Shown here one piece after another: positions 1-10,277 of a stretch of DNA of 64,000 nt (position 1 is its first letter; every line of letters begins with the position of its first letter). The stretch lies in contig JBBRHV010000003.1 in NCBI GenBank assembly GCA_038222225.1, positions 10,331-74,330 of the forward strand, given 5' to 3'. A model generated the notes under the pieces. That model ran no database searches and was not told the origin of the DNA. It was given only the letters and a program-made list of their open reading frames with translations. The stretch is from Candidatus Omnitrophota bacterium. Lineage in GTDB: Bacteria; Omnitrophota; Gorgyraeia; Zapsychrales; JANLHA01. The position numbers were made by a program, and so were the translations under genes.

Positions 1-1
1 A

Positions 2-346
2 AAAAACTCCCCGCTCATCATCAGCGCCAAAGGAGATATTCAATCCGATCCATACTACCAAAAGGTTGACGGCCTTACGAATGCGCTTATCAATACCCCT
101 GACGTTTCCGGAGTTAAAAGCATCCCCAGCGGCCCTGCAGATCTTAAGGACGCAATGACGAGCTCATTATGGAAACGCATACTGATCTCGCAAGATCAAC
201 GTTCAACAAATATTATTATTTTCCTCGACGATGAAAAATCTTCTGAGAGCATCAAGCCAATTGAAAAGCTTATTAATGACGCCGAAAACAACGACTTCCA
301 ATTAAGTGCCTCCGGCCTCCCCTATATTGTTGAACTGATCAAATGA
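2..346 (+). CDS. Partial ORF (5' end cut by window start), hypothetical; weak resemblance to a periplasmic loop of an RND/MMPL-type exporter. Its stop lies inside the fic 5'-end duplicate.
   Basis: Open frame from position 2 to the TGA at 344-346 (the ORF track gives only the Met-initiated part 155..346). No recognisable catalytic motif. Confidence 0.3.
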   Translation, partial: KNSPLIISAKGDIQSDPYYQKVDGLTNALINTPDVSGVKSIPSGPADLKDAMTSSLWKRILISQDQRSTNIIIFLDDEKSSESIKPIEKLINDAENNDFQLSASGLPYIVELIK

Positions 347-395
347 TCCTTTCTTTCTTTTAACTTATCAAACTCCTTTAAAATAGCCGCTAATT
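325..395 (-). repeat. About 75-bp duplicate of the 5' end of the fic gene (matches 36304..36378; encodes KLAAILKEFDKLKERKDHLIS versus MKLSAILKEFNKLKETKDHLIS).
   Basis: Direct nucleotide similarity seen by eye between 325-395 and 36304-36378; the 91-aa ORF 322..597 ends with the Fic N-terminal peptide. Confidence 0.75.
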
Positions 396-557
396 TCACT
401 ATCAAAACAAGAACTTCCTCAATCTCTGCCCAGAAGTTCAGCAAGACATCATCCTCGGTGATGAAGAAAACTTTCGCGATATCCCCGAATACAAAAGCCG
501 CCCCATCCTTCAGTTGTTCGATCCAAATACTCAGCTCTCCCGATGGAAAAAGATGAC

Positions 558-873
558 GTTCATTTACTAAGTGGCAATTCTGAGAGGACTGATCCATATT
601 GGGCCATAAATGGGACCTTCGAGAGGCATGAGCTTTTTGAATTATCCACAGCTAAGGCATAAACCACAAAACAACGCCCCAATCATGCCCTAACCGTTTG
701 CAACCAACGCGGGCATCCCTCCTTCGGAGGTCGATGCTGCGTAATCATCTAAACCCTGCAAAAAACAGCAGCGTTTAGATACGCAAACCGCATCAAAGAG
801 ATCCCTGACTGCGTTTGGCAATCAGGGATCTTTTTGATTCTAAGAGTCGCTTCCGACACTGTTATACTGGTAG
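558..873 (+). repeat. Repeat R1, a diverged copy of R2/R3: CATTTACTA site, an sRNA-like structured segment (about 650-835) and a terminator hairpin, ending ...CCGACACTGTTATACTGGTAG.
   Basis: Alignable by eye to 33616..33963 and 36711..37142; shared 3' block GATCCCTGACTGCGTTTGGCAATCAGGGATCTTTTTGATTCTAAGAGTCG. Confidence 0.7.
800..835 (+). terminator. Rho-independent terminator hairpin GATCCCTGA-N13-TCAGGGATC followed by TTTTT. Present in all three R copies (also 33890-33922 and 37063-37107).
   Basis: Perfect 9-bp stem plus T-run read directly from the sequence. Confidence 0.6.
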
Positions 874-1350
874 TGGGGGCTAATCGCGGTAGTCATAGCC
901 TCTCTACGTCATTATCCATATCCTATATAATTGAAATTACAAAATCAAAGCAATTTGCGGATCACAGAGAATGCTTTATCAACTGGAGTGATTCGAACCA
1001 ATTAATACCACAATTTGAAGCCAAAAACAACGCGAAAAAATGTCCTATTTGTCCACTTTTTAGACGCCAGAATTTACATAACTATTTGATATATAATCAA
1101 TTGGGGGCGTCCGGAACCTTTAAGGCGGACATAACTTTTTTCGCAATTATAAATATCCAAATCACTTAAAAGGGACATCTTAGCCTTCAAGTTATGAAGT
1201 TGAAGCATATTTTACATAACCCGTTGCTATATAAAGAAAAGACAGATAACCTAACAAGTTGTATGCTGGATTTGTGATCGTTCTAGGGCGACTGAGCACA
1301 TCAAGTTTGAACCTCTTTAATGACCTGAAATAGTTTTTTAAACTAAATTT

Positions 1351-2814
1351 CTACAGTATAGAAGAAAGAAGCCGCATCAAAGAATTCCGCAAATGCACAA
1401 TAGTAGAAGTTTTATTAAAATCTGCCAATGTAACTTCTTTTGAATTCGCCAGATCTTTCAGGATCTGCGCATCTATTTCATTTGTCAATTTTGGATCATA
1501 GAAAACAGCATTAACTTCATAATTCAGACGAAGACTTCTTATATCAAAATTTGCTGTTCCTATAGTACAAATCCGGCTATCACTTGACAGGATTTTCGCA
1601 TGCAAAAATCCTTTTTGATATTGAAAAATCCTTACACCAGACTTAAGAAGCTCTTCGAAATAAGAATATGCTGCCCAGTAAGGAATCAGATTATCCGGCA
1701 CTCCCGTCATCAATACTGTAACCTTAATGCCCCGCATCGCTGCTGTTTTTAAGGCCATAAGTAACGTCGTATCGGGAATAAAATATGGCGAAACAATAGT
1801 GATATTTTTTTGCGCCAGCGTAATAAAAGAGAAATACAGATGCATAATTGCCGGCCACGTTGAATCAAAGCCTGAAGTTGGAAATTGAATTGGAAGATCT
1901 CCCTCTAATCCAAGCTCTTCTGGAATCGGAAAATATTTTTTATCTAAAATATCTTCTTGATTAACAGTGTTGGCCCAATCAATCGAAAAAATTGCATTTA
2001 AAATATTGACGCAGTCTCCTTCAAGACGAATATGCGTATCTCTCCAGGAATCATATTTCTTCCCACCATCTATAACTTCCTGACCGACATTCATGCCGCC
2101 CGTATAGGCAATTTCTCCATCAATGACAGCGATTTTTCGATGATTCCTATAGTTAAAAGTGTGAACCTTAAAAGGCGATAAATAATTAAAGAATGGATAA
2201 ATAAGAACTCCGCCCTTTCTTAATTCGTGAATATACAAACGCCCTAAAGGAAAGAAGCATCCAGAATAATCATATAAAATCCTTACCTCCACACCTTGTT
2301 TCACTTTCTCAAGAAGAAGCGTTTTTAACGTCTGGCCTAAGCTATCATTTGAAGTCCAAATAAAATATTGAAGATGAATAAATTTCTTGGCTTCTTTAAT
2401 GTCCTTAATAAGATATTCAAACTTCTCTTTGCCCGCGTGGAAAACTTTTACCTTATTATTTGTTGTTAGCAGCGATCTTGAGTTGCGGTATAAAAGCGTC
2501 ATCAAGTCGTCTTGATAAACGTTGGACTGGCTCTTCATCTTCTTGATCAGCGCCTCCTGAACCTCATCGATCGGCTTAAATAACGTAATCAGATTCTTAG
2601 CAAGATGCTGTGGAAGCTTCCTTTTCTTATCATAACTTCTTTTCCAATTTCGACCAACAATCAAATAAATCACGAAACCAAACACAGGCAAAAGAATAAA
2701 AATGAATATCCAGGCAAATGTTTCAGAGGGCTGCCTATTGTCCAGCAAAAGAACAATGGCTGTAAAAATAATATAAATATGAAAAGCGATTACAAGAAGA
2801 GGAACAATGCTCAT
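1351..2814 (-). CDS. cls: Cardiolipin synthase (phospholipase D superfamily; two HKD motifs, two N-terminal TM helices).
   Basis: HRKIAVIDGEIAYTGGMN and HAKILSSDSRICTIGTANFD HxK(x4)D motifs; hydrophobic N-terminus. Confidence 0.9.
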   Translation of the reverse strand: MSIVPLLVIAFHIYIIFTAIVLLLDNRQPSETFAWIFIFILLPVFGFVIYLIVGRNWKRSYDKKRKLPQHLAKNLITLFKPIDEVQEALIKKMKSQSNVYQDDLMTLLYRNSRSLLTTNNKVKVFHAGKEKFEYLIKDIKEAKKFIHLQYFIWTSNDSLGQTLKTLLLEKVKQGVEVRILYDYSGCFFPLGRLYIHELRKGGVLIYPFFNYLSPFKVHTFNYRNHRKIAVIDGEIAYTGGMNVGQEVIDGGKKYDSWRDTHIRLEGDCVNILNAIFSIDWANTVNQEDILDKKYFPIPEELGLEGDLPIQFPTSGFDSTWPAIMHLYFSFITLAQKNITIVSPYFIPDTTLLMALKTAAMRGIKVTVLMTGVPDNLIPYWAAYSYFEELLKSGVRIFQYQKGFLHAKILSSDSRICTIGTANFDIRSLRLNYEVNAVFYDPKLTNEIDAQILKDLANSKEVTLADFNKTSTIVHLRNSLMRLLSSIL

Positions 2815-2859
2815 TATGAACTCCTAAAAAGTACTGTTAAAATTTTTATCTATTCTGTC

Positions 2860-3246
2860 TTATTTCGTTACCTTAAAAACCCAGATTTTAAATGTAACGA
2901 AAGTAAAAATAGCAGTCGCCGTCGTTGCGATTATTAAAGCTAAAAAAACCGCCTGCTGACTAGCTTGCAAAACTATCTCATTGACAAAAACATTAACACC
3001 TAATGCGCAAATATTTGCGGCAGTGAATCGCATGACCTCCGTTAAGGATTTTTCATTTTGTTCAAACGTCCAATACTTATTTAACAAATAAGCAATTATA
3101 CCGCCGCAAGTGAACGAAATACATTTAGCCAGGGCAAATGGAAATAAATGGATCAGAACATAATACACAGTGATATCTGTAAAAATAGCAAGCAAGCCTA
3201 CTAGCATAAATCTTAGCAATTCTGATTTATTTTTACTTTTTATCAT
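2860..3246 (-). CDS. GtrA-family membrane protein (polysaccharide/glycolipid synthesis accessory, 4 TM).
   Basis: 128 aa, four hydrophobic helices, RFMLVGLLAIFTDITVYYVL GtrA-like N-terminus. Confidence 0.7.
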   Translation of the reverse strand: MIKSKNKSELLRFMLVGLLAIFTDITVYYVLIHLFPFALAKCISFTCGGIIAYLLNKYWTFEQNEKSLTEVMRFTAANICALGVNVFVNEIVLQASQQAVFLALIIATTATAIFTFVTFKIWVFKVTK

Positions 3247-4576
3247 TGGAAGTATGTTCTCGTATTATTCTTTTAATATTCTTTTGAATTTCCCTTACAA
3301 CCGTTGCTGGAATTCCGGCAATTGCTAAAGCGCCTGCTGAAGATGTATTTGACATTAGATCGGTTTGCATTTTCAGCATTCTCATCGCCTTTCTCCAAGC
3401 ACTATCTTCCACATGACGCTCCTCCTTACGATGCTTTTTTATGGTCGCAGAATAAAGCGCAAGCGCCTTATCAACACAAAGCGGTACGGAATAATTGTCA
3501 GCTGTTTTTTTAGAATTTTTAATCATAACTGCTCGGTCATGTAGAGATAATGCTGCCATCCAATCCAAGCAGGCAGAAAATTCCTTGATATTGTCTTTTT
3601 TGATCATTCTTCCATTTTGTTTGTCTATCAATATATCCCTGACTCCTGGCGCGTCAACCGCCACCACAGGCGTTCCCGCAGCCATCGCCTCTGCTAAAAC
3701 TAATCCCTGCGTTTCACTATGCGATGCAAATACAAAAACATCCAAAGCATCATACGCATTGATAAGCTGTTTTCCTTTTAATGAACCAGTACAGACCAGT
3801 CGATCGGCAAATTTCATTTTTTCAAAACTTTCTTTTATATCCTCCAGCGAAGGACCATTTCCAACAACAACAAAATATGCTTTTTTATTTTTCTTTAAAA
3901 AAGAAATCACTGCTTTGGATAAAAAAACTACATTTTTCTCCGGTGCGATTCGGCCTATGATGCCAACCACAAATGCATCGTTTGGAATACTAAAATATTT
4001 ACGAAATGTTTTACCGTCTCCTTTTTTAAATTCATCAACATAAATACCCGTAGGTACCACATCGATTGGTGCTATTACGCCTCTTTCTTTAAGAAGATCA
4101 GCTACACTTTTACTGGGAGCAATGACCTGATCACACAAATCCGCATAACCTTTTGCAAGCGCGATAACAAATTTTTTCATAGCCCTTGAATCGCCAGGTA
4201 AATAATGCGTGTTTTCTTCATAAATCGTATGATTCGTAAAAACAATTGGTACATTGAACTTTGCTGATGCTCTTAAGGCCGTGTCGCCAACTAAAAAAGG
4301 ATGATGTGTATGAATAATATCCGGTTTAAATTTTTTCAACGTTTGATTCAATTTTTGCGACATTGGCAATTCAACTGAAAAATCTGTATGATTAAACTTT
4401 TGAATCGCAGGAAGGCGAAAAACACCCCTTTCCCTCTTAGAATCTTTCTCGAATTCTGGAGCAATAATTAAAACCTTATGTCCACGTTTGCGATATTCAT
4501 TAGAAAAGACCTCAATCGATATCTCTAAACCCCCAAGAATAGGTTTATACGTATTGGTCATCATGATAATATTCAT
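3233..4576 (-). CDS. Glycosyltransferase family 4 (GT-B, group 1).
   Basis: GIIGRIAPEKN and E-x7-E region ETQGLVLAEAMAAGTPVV typical of GT4. Confidence 0.85.
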   Translation of the reverse strand: MNIIMMTNTYKPILGGLEISIEVFSNEYRKRGHKVLIIAPEFEKDSKRERGVFRLPAIQKFNHTDFSVELPMSQKLNQTLKKFKPDIIHTHHPFLVGDTALRASAKFNVPIVFTNHTIYEENTHYLPGDSRAMKKFVIALAKGYADLCDQVIAPSKSVADLLKERGVIAPIDVVPTGIYVDEFKKGDGKTFRKYFSIPNDAFVVGIIGRIAPEKNVVFLSKAVISFLKKNKKAYFVVVGNGPSLEDIKESFEKMKFADRLVCTGSLKGKQLINAYDALDVFVFASHSETQGLVLAEAMAAGTPVVAVDAPGVRDILIDKQNGRMIKKDNIKEFSACLDWMAALSLHDRAVMIKNSKKTADNYSVPLCVDKALALYSATIKKHRKEERHVEDSAWRKAMRMLKMQTDLMSNTSSAGALAIAGIPATVVREIQKNIKRIIREHTSNDKK

Positions 4577-5227
4577 TTATATTTTCTCTTTTATTAAATT
4601 GTTTACTAAAAAATACACTCCCACAAGTAAAACAAGGGCTACTGCCATTTTCCACCAATGCTGGGGATTGGATAATACGCTTACAAATGAATCACCAAAA
4701 TAAACTAAAGCGATCGAACCCGGCAACATACCAATAATCGTACCCAAGATATACTTCCAATATTTTATTTTTGTTAAACCAATAATAATATTTTGAACAT
4801 CCCACGCAATATTGGGAACTAAGCGAATGATAACAACACTTATCAAACTGTTTTTTTCAATATATTTCTCTACCCTTTCAGCTTTTTTACCAACAATATT
4901 CTCAACCATTTCAGGAGCAATATAGCGGGCAATAAAAAACTGCCACGTTGCACACACAACATAAGCCACCATAATATAAATCAGTCCTTCCCATCCCCAA
5001 ATAACTCCGGCTAGAAGCGTGGCTCCGGTGGCTGGAAATAAAATAAAGGGACGAATTTGAAAAAATAATATATAAACCAGCGGTGCCCAGACGCCATATG
5101 CCGTAACACTTTCCTTTATTCGAACAATATCTATACCCGAATAATCTACGCCCATCTTTTTTAATACAACAAAAAGGGTTATAAATATCGCCGCAAAAAC
5201 ACCTAGTCGAATTAATGTTTTCTTCAT
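4577..5227 (-). CDS. DedA/TVP38/TMEM64 family membrane protein.
   Basis: VTAYGVWAPLVYILFFQIRPFILFPATGATLLAGVIWG signature region; multi-TM. Confidence 0.75.
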   Translation of the reverse strand: MKKTLIRLGVFAAIFITLFVVLKKMGVDYSGIDIVRIKESVTAYGVWAPLVYILFFQIRPFILFPATGATLLAGVIWGWEGLIYIMVAYVVCATWQFFIARYIAPEMVENIVGKKAERVEKYIEKNSLISVVIIRLVPNIAWDVQNIIIGLTKIKYWKYILGTIIGMLPGSIALVYFGDSFVSVLSNPQHWWKMAVALVLLVGVYFLVNNLIKEKI

Positions 5228-7476
5228 GTTAGATTGAATGAGATTTCTTGCTCATCACCGTTTACACTTACTGTGCTCATTCCCGGAATTTTAATTTCCA
5301 TCTGCGGTGGCTCTTTATGCCAATTCGCCTTCCATTGAATAAGAATGTCCTTCTGATGACATTTGATTTCTAATGAAATTTCTCCATAAATTGTCGATGC
5401 CGGACCAAACAATATATTATTTTCCTTCTTAAGCCATTCTAATGGAACGCCGGAACATAAAATTAACTTACCGACTGCTTCTTCCTCTCGGACAAAACAG
5501 TTGCGCATCATTATCATCCATTCCGCTGCGGCCCAGGTATGCTGGCCGTCCCCCATACATCCGCCTTTTGTTTTTGGATGAATCGCCTCCGGCCATTGGC
5601 CCGTGGGAGATGCTAGATCAGCAATTCCCTTCATTAATTGAAAATATCTTTTATCGCCCGCCCTCAAAAATACCTGAGCCATATGCAATGTTAAATAAGG
5701 ATTAATCCCTGAGTGGCTCATATCATGAAAAAAACCATTATTCACCAAACAATGATCAAACAAATACTCTGCTGTATCAGACAATCTGACATTCTCTTGA
5801 ATATTTAACTGCAAAGGATACCCGCAGGCCAACGATCCAACCGCAGATGAATCCAATCGTCGGTAAGGCGATGAAGGAATGGCTTGCCTTTTAATACGGC
5901 TTTCTACATCCTGTAAGCTTTTGTCAACAGCTTGACGCAATAAGTCCGCCTCCCGAGAAAAAACTGCGGATTCTTTTTCTTCACCATACATGAACGCTAA
6001 ATAAGATGCAGCCTCCAATCCTCCAATGCTCCAGAAATCGTCCCAATAATAATAATCATTCGGTCCAAAATGCTCGGCGCTAAAACCTGAAGGCATTAAA
6101 CCCGCATGAATCTTTTTCATATTATCCGCAAGGCGTTTTCTCTTAATCCATCGCGCCCCTTTATGAATCATCTCTTTCCACTCATCCTTCGGCGGCTTAT
6201 TTGTCATTTGAACAAACTTTTGTATAAGCCAAAGAACCTGCCCATTAGAATCCCATTCACCTTCTTGCGACTCAAAGTATCCGCTTATACCTTGCCTCTC
6301 ATGAAATCGATCGATAATACGTTCTGCACGTTCATAAAAACCACAGCATAAAAGAGAATATGTAATAAATACCGCATCACGAAACCAAAATCGTTTATAA
6401 ATGTAGGGCCCGGCATATACATCTTCTGCGGTGTGGGTGATGACTGTCCGCAATGATGAATTGAAAAGATACTGAAAATGCTTATCCGGCACCTCAAGCT
6501 GGCAGGACTTTTCAAGATACTCGATCCAATTTTTTCCGGCATCGGATGATTTTTTTGAAAGTCTCGTTTTTTCTCTTAAAGGAATACTAACTTTTACTTC
6601 CCTTTTTTTGCCTTTTTCTAAATTAAATACAGCTGCAGCACTAGCCATTTCATGAGAACAGCTTATATGCTCTTTTGCGCTGCTTTTCTCATTGAATTGA
6701 TAATAAACATCCCCGTGGTGAAAATCGGATACTACATAATGCTCTGGCTCAATATCAAACAGCACATCGTGCATTTTATTGACTCGCCATCCAGGCCCAC
6801 GCTTTAACAATGAAATATCCTTAACCAAACTAATGCCCTCTGGATTATACGGCCGCAAAGAAACAACTAAACAATTACTATTCTGTCCTTCTGCTGTCAT
6901 CGCAATACAACAAGTTGGATTGCCCTCTTCTTTAATCATTTTGACGCGAGTTGTTAAATGCATATCGCCCGATGAAGACTTGGTCACAACGCTGTTATCT
7001 TCCAATTCCAAATATTGATCAACTTCATTTAACTGTGCAGGAATTAAATCTTTACCATTCTTTGCGACAATCCAAACATCAATTGACCAACTATCCCAAA
7101 AAGGGGTAACTAAGCCACGAGGATCGACTAAGGGAGTTTCTTCCATGTCCGGCAAGCCGACTGCCGTCCAATTTCGGTGCGTTAAATTAATATGCGTTAA
7201 TGAAAAAGAGCGGGGAATAAATGAATCATCCTTTGGATCAAACTGTTTATTCACCCAAAATGGCCAAATCCAGTCTAAATTGTGCTGGATGACCTGTGTA
7301 TTTAACAAGCCCCTGGCATGCAAGACCGCTGTAGCGCGTAATAATTCTGTAGGCGCGAGCACTTCTGAAGGTTGCGCAAATCGACTTATTTTTGTAAAAA
7401 GCCTGACAGGATCTAAAAATCCATGCGCGTGAGCTAAGCGTCTTACAAAATATTTCCAGATAAATCGATTAAACAT
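5224..7476 (-). CDS. Large six-hairpin glycosidase-like protein (GDE_C / amylo-alpha-1,6-glucosidase-like); exact family uncertain.
   Basis: 750 aa; FWFRDAVFI and GYFESQEGEWDSNGQVLWLI resemble GDE_C/GH15-GH63 clan motifs; 4-bp overlap with neighbours suggests an operon. Confidence 0.45.
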   Translation of the reverse strand: MFNRFIWKYFVRRLAHAHGFLDPVRLFTKISRFAQPSEVLAPTELLRATAVLHARGLLNTQVIQHNLDWIWPFWVNKQFDPKDDSFIPRSFSLTHINLTHRNWTAVGLPDMEETPLVDPRGLVTPFWDSWSIDVWIVAKNGKDLIPAQLNEVDQYLELEDNSVVTKSSSGDMHLTTRVKMIKEEGNPTCCIAMTAEGQNSNCLVVSLRPYNPEGISLVKDISLLKRGPGWRVNKMHDVLFDIEPEHYVVSDFHHGDVYYQFNEKSSAKEHISCSHEMASAAAVFNLEKGKKREVKVSIPLREKTRLSKKSSDAGKNWIEYLEKSCQLEVPDKHFQYLFNSSLRTVITHTAEDVYAGPYIYKRFWFRDAVFITYSLLCCGFYERAERIIDRFHERQGISGYFESQEGEWDSNGQVLWLIQKFVQMTNKPPKDEWKEMIHKGARWIKRKRLADNMKKIHAGLMPSGFSAEHFGPNDYYYWDDFWSIGGLEAASYLAFMYGEEKESAVFSREADLLRQAVDKSLQDVESRIKRQAIPSSPYRRLDSSAVGSLACGYPLQLNIQENVRLSDTAEYLFDHCLVNNGFFHDMSHSGINPYLTLHMAQVFLRAGDKRYFQLMKGIADLASPTGQWPEAIHPKTKGGCMGDGQHTWAAAEWMIMMRNCFVREEEAVGKLILCSGVPLEWLKKENNILFGPASTIYGEISLEIKCHQKDILIQWKANWHKEPPQMEIKIPGMSTVSVNGDEQEISFNLT

Positions 7477-7536
7477 AAACTATTTTCTTTCTAATATAAC
7501 AGATATAAACATCTCCTTTAGTCCCATTGCAATTTT

Positions 7537-8325
7537 CTATAATTGAAAATCAGCAATCAAAGGCAGATGATCTGATGCTATTCTTGTTAATTTTGTTGAT
7601 GGAATATCGACTGCATTCAACTCTATGTTCCCTCTGTAAAATATATGGTCTACTTCAAACAATGGATAATAACTAAAAAATGTTTTTTTGTTGTTTTTTA
7701 GGATAAGTTTCGCTTCTTTAAATTCCGTGCGCAGCATTTTGTAAGTTGCTGACCTAGGTCCTGCGTTAAAATCTCCACATAGTATTGTTGGAATATTTTC
7801 ATTCAATCCTTGCGTCCACTTTGCACTTAAAATATCCTCTGCTTGTAACGTTCTTTCGTTAACCCTAAGCCCTAAATGAGTCGTAAAAAAATTAATGACA
7901 TGAGGACCTATTTTAATATTAGCCCATATCATTTCCCGCGATTCATAAAAATATTTTAAAGCTGGAATATGCTTCAGAAAAAATCCCTCCCCACTGAGGC
8001 CAGCCAAACGTTCCGCTTTGACAATATTAAAAGGATGTTGACTCAAAAAAGATATTCCATAATGTTCCCCTTCAAGAGTTATTGCCGGCTGAAAATGACA
8101 ATGCATCCGCAAATACTCGGCAATATATGAAGGCTGATCGATATTCCTTGATGATTTCCTATTAACATCCAATTCCTGCAGAGCAACGATATCGGGGGAA
8201 TACTTCTCTATGACCTGACAAATACGCTCAGGGGAAACTTTACCATCTAGTCCGCGGCAGCTATGGACATTATACGTCATAACCCTTATTTTAGATTTTA
8301 GTTCTTTTTTCTTCATGAACCTCAC
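7537..8325 (-). CDS. Endonuclease/exonuclease/phosphatase (EEP) family protein (YbhP-like).
   Basis: VMTYNVHSCRGLDG...IVALQELD and C-terminal SDHLPLIADF motifs. Confidence 0.85.
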   Translation of the reverse strand: MRFMKKKELKSKIRVMTYNVHSCRGLDGKVSPERICQVIEKYSPDIVALQELDVNRKSSRNIDQPSYIAEYLRMHCHFQPAITLEGEHYGISFLSQHPFNIVKAERLAGLSGEGFFLKHIPALKYFYESREMIWANIKIGPHVINFFTTHLGLRVNERTLQAEDILSAKWTQGLNENIPTILCGDFNAGPRSATYKMLRTEFKEAKLILKNNKKTFFSYYPLFEVDHIFYRGNIELNAVDIPSTKLTRIASDHLPLIADFQL

Positions 8326-8450
8326 AAATGAAGCCTTCTAAACTCCCCGCAGCAAGCGTGCGGGACATCCAGATAGGGCTTCATTCCCCGAGCATATTAA
8401 CCTCGCAGCAAGCTGCGAGGTATTCGAGGGCAATAAAATTCCTACTGACA

Positions 8451-10172
8451 TTAATGCAACAAAATGTTATCCGTCCGCTGTCCATGACTATGAACCATGT
8501 TTTTCCCTGCCTTCTTGGATTTTGATAACTCAATATCCGCCCTTTGGATCAACTCATATCTATTCGTATTGTGAGCCGTACATTGGGCGACACCAATGCT
8601 CACAGTCACCTCCCGTTTCAGTGAAAGAGCTGCCACGGTGCCTCTGATCCTTGCTGCCACGATCTTGGCCGAAGACACATCCGAATCCGGCAAAATAATA
8701 ACAAATTCATCCCCGGCATACCGACATACAATATCAACATCACGTATACTTTGTTCAAAGGCCTTACCCATCTTTTGCAGCAAAGTATCCCCGTCAAGGT
8801 GACCAAAAGTATCATTATATGACTTAAAATCATCCACATCAATCATAAGTAAAGACAACGGTCTTTCTGGATGACGCTTCAATCTTACAATTTCATGATC
8901 TAACATTTTTGAAAAATAACGGAAATTATAAAGATGCGTCAAAGGATCAGTAATGGAAAGATGCGTTAAATCTCGATATAGTTTCGCGTTTTCCATTGCC
9001 ACAGCTACCTGACGCACGAGCATACATAAAATTTTCAGATCTAGGCCGGAAAAGACGATTCCTTCTTTTGACTTTTTATCCGCGACATTAATAAAACCCA
9101 TCACATTACCGCCTAACTTTATCGGCGCGGAGATAAACGACTTAGTCTTATAAGAGACTCCCTTCTTTCTTAAAAATCTCTTATCATGTTCGATGTCAGT
9201 AATTAAAAGCGGCTTACACTCGCGTGCAATAACCCCCGCTACAGACCCTTCTCTCTTAAATTCGCCGCTGTGAATAAACTTATCCTCTATTCCTTTGTGC
9301 CCTTTGATACAAAGTTCACGTGTATCATCATCAACGATCATCAACGAGCACTTTCCCGCCTCAAGCACTTCCATTGTTTTATTAACAATGAAATCAAATA
9401 ATTTATTCGCATCAAAGATGGTGTTTAGATGTTCTTCAATGCCCAGCACCTTTCTGATTTTATTTCTTTCCAAAACAACTTCTTCGTTCAATTCTTTAAG
9501 CTTTTTTTCTATTTCTATGCGCTCTGAAATATCCCGTGCAATGCTGGAAATCCCGATAATATTGCCAAAAGAATTTTTAATGGGGGAAAGTGCTAAAGAA
9601 ATAGGGATTAGGTGCCCATCTTTATGCTTACATACTGTTTGATAATGTTTGATTTCCCCGCCATCATTGACCTCATCTAATAAGCGCATCTCATCAGCTA
9701 ATCTATCTTCAGGAATAATTCGGTTGACTAGCTGACCAATCATCTCGTTTCTTGAATATCCAAAAAGAATTTCCGCAGCCTCATTCCAGCTAAGGACAAT
9801 ATTGTCTGGTGTTTTTCCGATAATGGCATCAAGTGAAGAATCAACAATAGCCGCCAACGTTGCACTGATCATTCGTTCTTTTTTAAATCTCAGACCAGAA
9901 ATAGTCAACGCCCAAATCAAAGCTATTGATACATGCCATATTTTTTCTGTTGATGGGGAAAGTTTCCAGCTGACGATGAGCAACACAGACGCTATGACCG
10001 CAAAAAAATAAACGTTTCTGCTTTTTGAGGATTGCAAAGACAACATAATAACAAGAAGATATAAAACACCGAAAACTGGCCATGAAAATAAACTATCCAT
10101 ACTGAATATAAAAAGCAACAAAATAACACACCCAATAAAAATAAGAGCGTCTTTTGATTTATGCTTTTTCAT
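8451..10172 (-). CDS. Membrane-anchored PAS-GAF-GGDEF diguanylate cyclase-type protein; GGDEF signature reads AGDEF.
   Basis: N-terminal TM helices, PAS and GAF-like regions, RYAGDEFVIILPD active-site region. Confidence 0.85.
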   Translation of the reverse strand: MKKHKSKDALIFIGCVILLLFIFSMDSLFSWPVFGVLYLLVIMLSLQSSKSRNVYFFAVIASVLLIVSWKLSPSTEKIWHVSIALIWALTISGLRFKKERMISATLAAIVDSSLDAIIGKTPDNIVLSWNEAAEILFGYSRNEMIGQLVNRIIPEDRLADEMRLLDEVNDGGEIKHYQTVCKHKDGHLIPISLALSPIKNSFGNIIGISSIARDISERIEIEKKLKELNEEVVLERNKIRKVLGIEEHLNTIFDANKLFDFIVNKTMEVLEAGKCSLMIVDDDTRELCIKGHKGIEDKFIHSGEFKREGSVAGVIARECKPLLITDIEHDKRFLRKKGVSYKTKSFISAPIKLGGNVMGFINVADKKSKEGIVFSGLDLKILCMLVRQVAVAMENAKLYRDLTHLSITDPLTHLYNFRYFSKMLDHEIVRLKRHPERPLSLLMIDVDDFKSYNDTFGHLDGDTLLQKMGKAFEQSIRDVDIVCRYAGDEFVIILPDSDVSSAKIVAARIRGTVAALSLKREVTVSIGVAQCTAHNTNRYELIQRADIELSKSKKAGKNMVHSHGQRTDNILLH

Positions 10173-10277
10173 ACATGTCCGTTCCTTGCCTTTAAGTTTT
10201 ACAAATTTTCTTCAACTTTCCCCATTAAGAAACGTCCTGATCTATTCTTCTTACTTACAAATGATACATCCCTACCA

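Noticed and set aside
955-1015. Possible tRNA fragment suggested by GATTCGAACC (T-loop-like) at about 985
   Set aside because: No complementary T-stem or acceptor stem could be folded on either strand. Probably a chance match.
834-1169. 111-aa plus-strand ORF in the ORF track
   Set aside because: Starts inside the R1 repeat/terminator, low-complexity, no RBS or motif. The region 874-1350 looks non-coding (contains a plus-strand hairpin + T6 terminator near 1100-1145).
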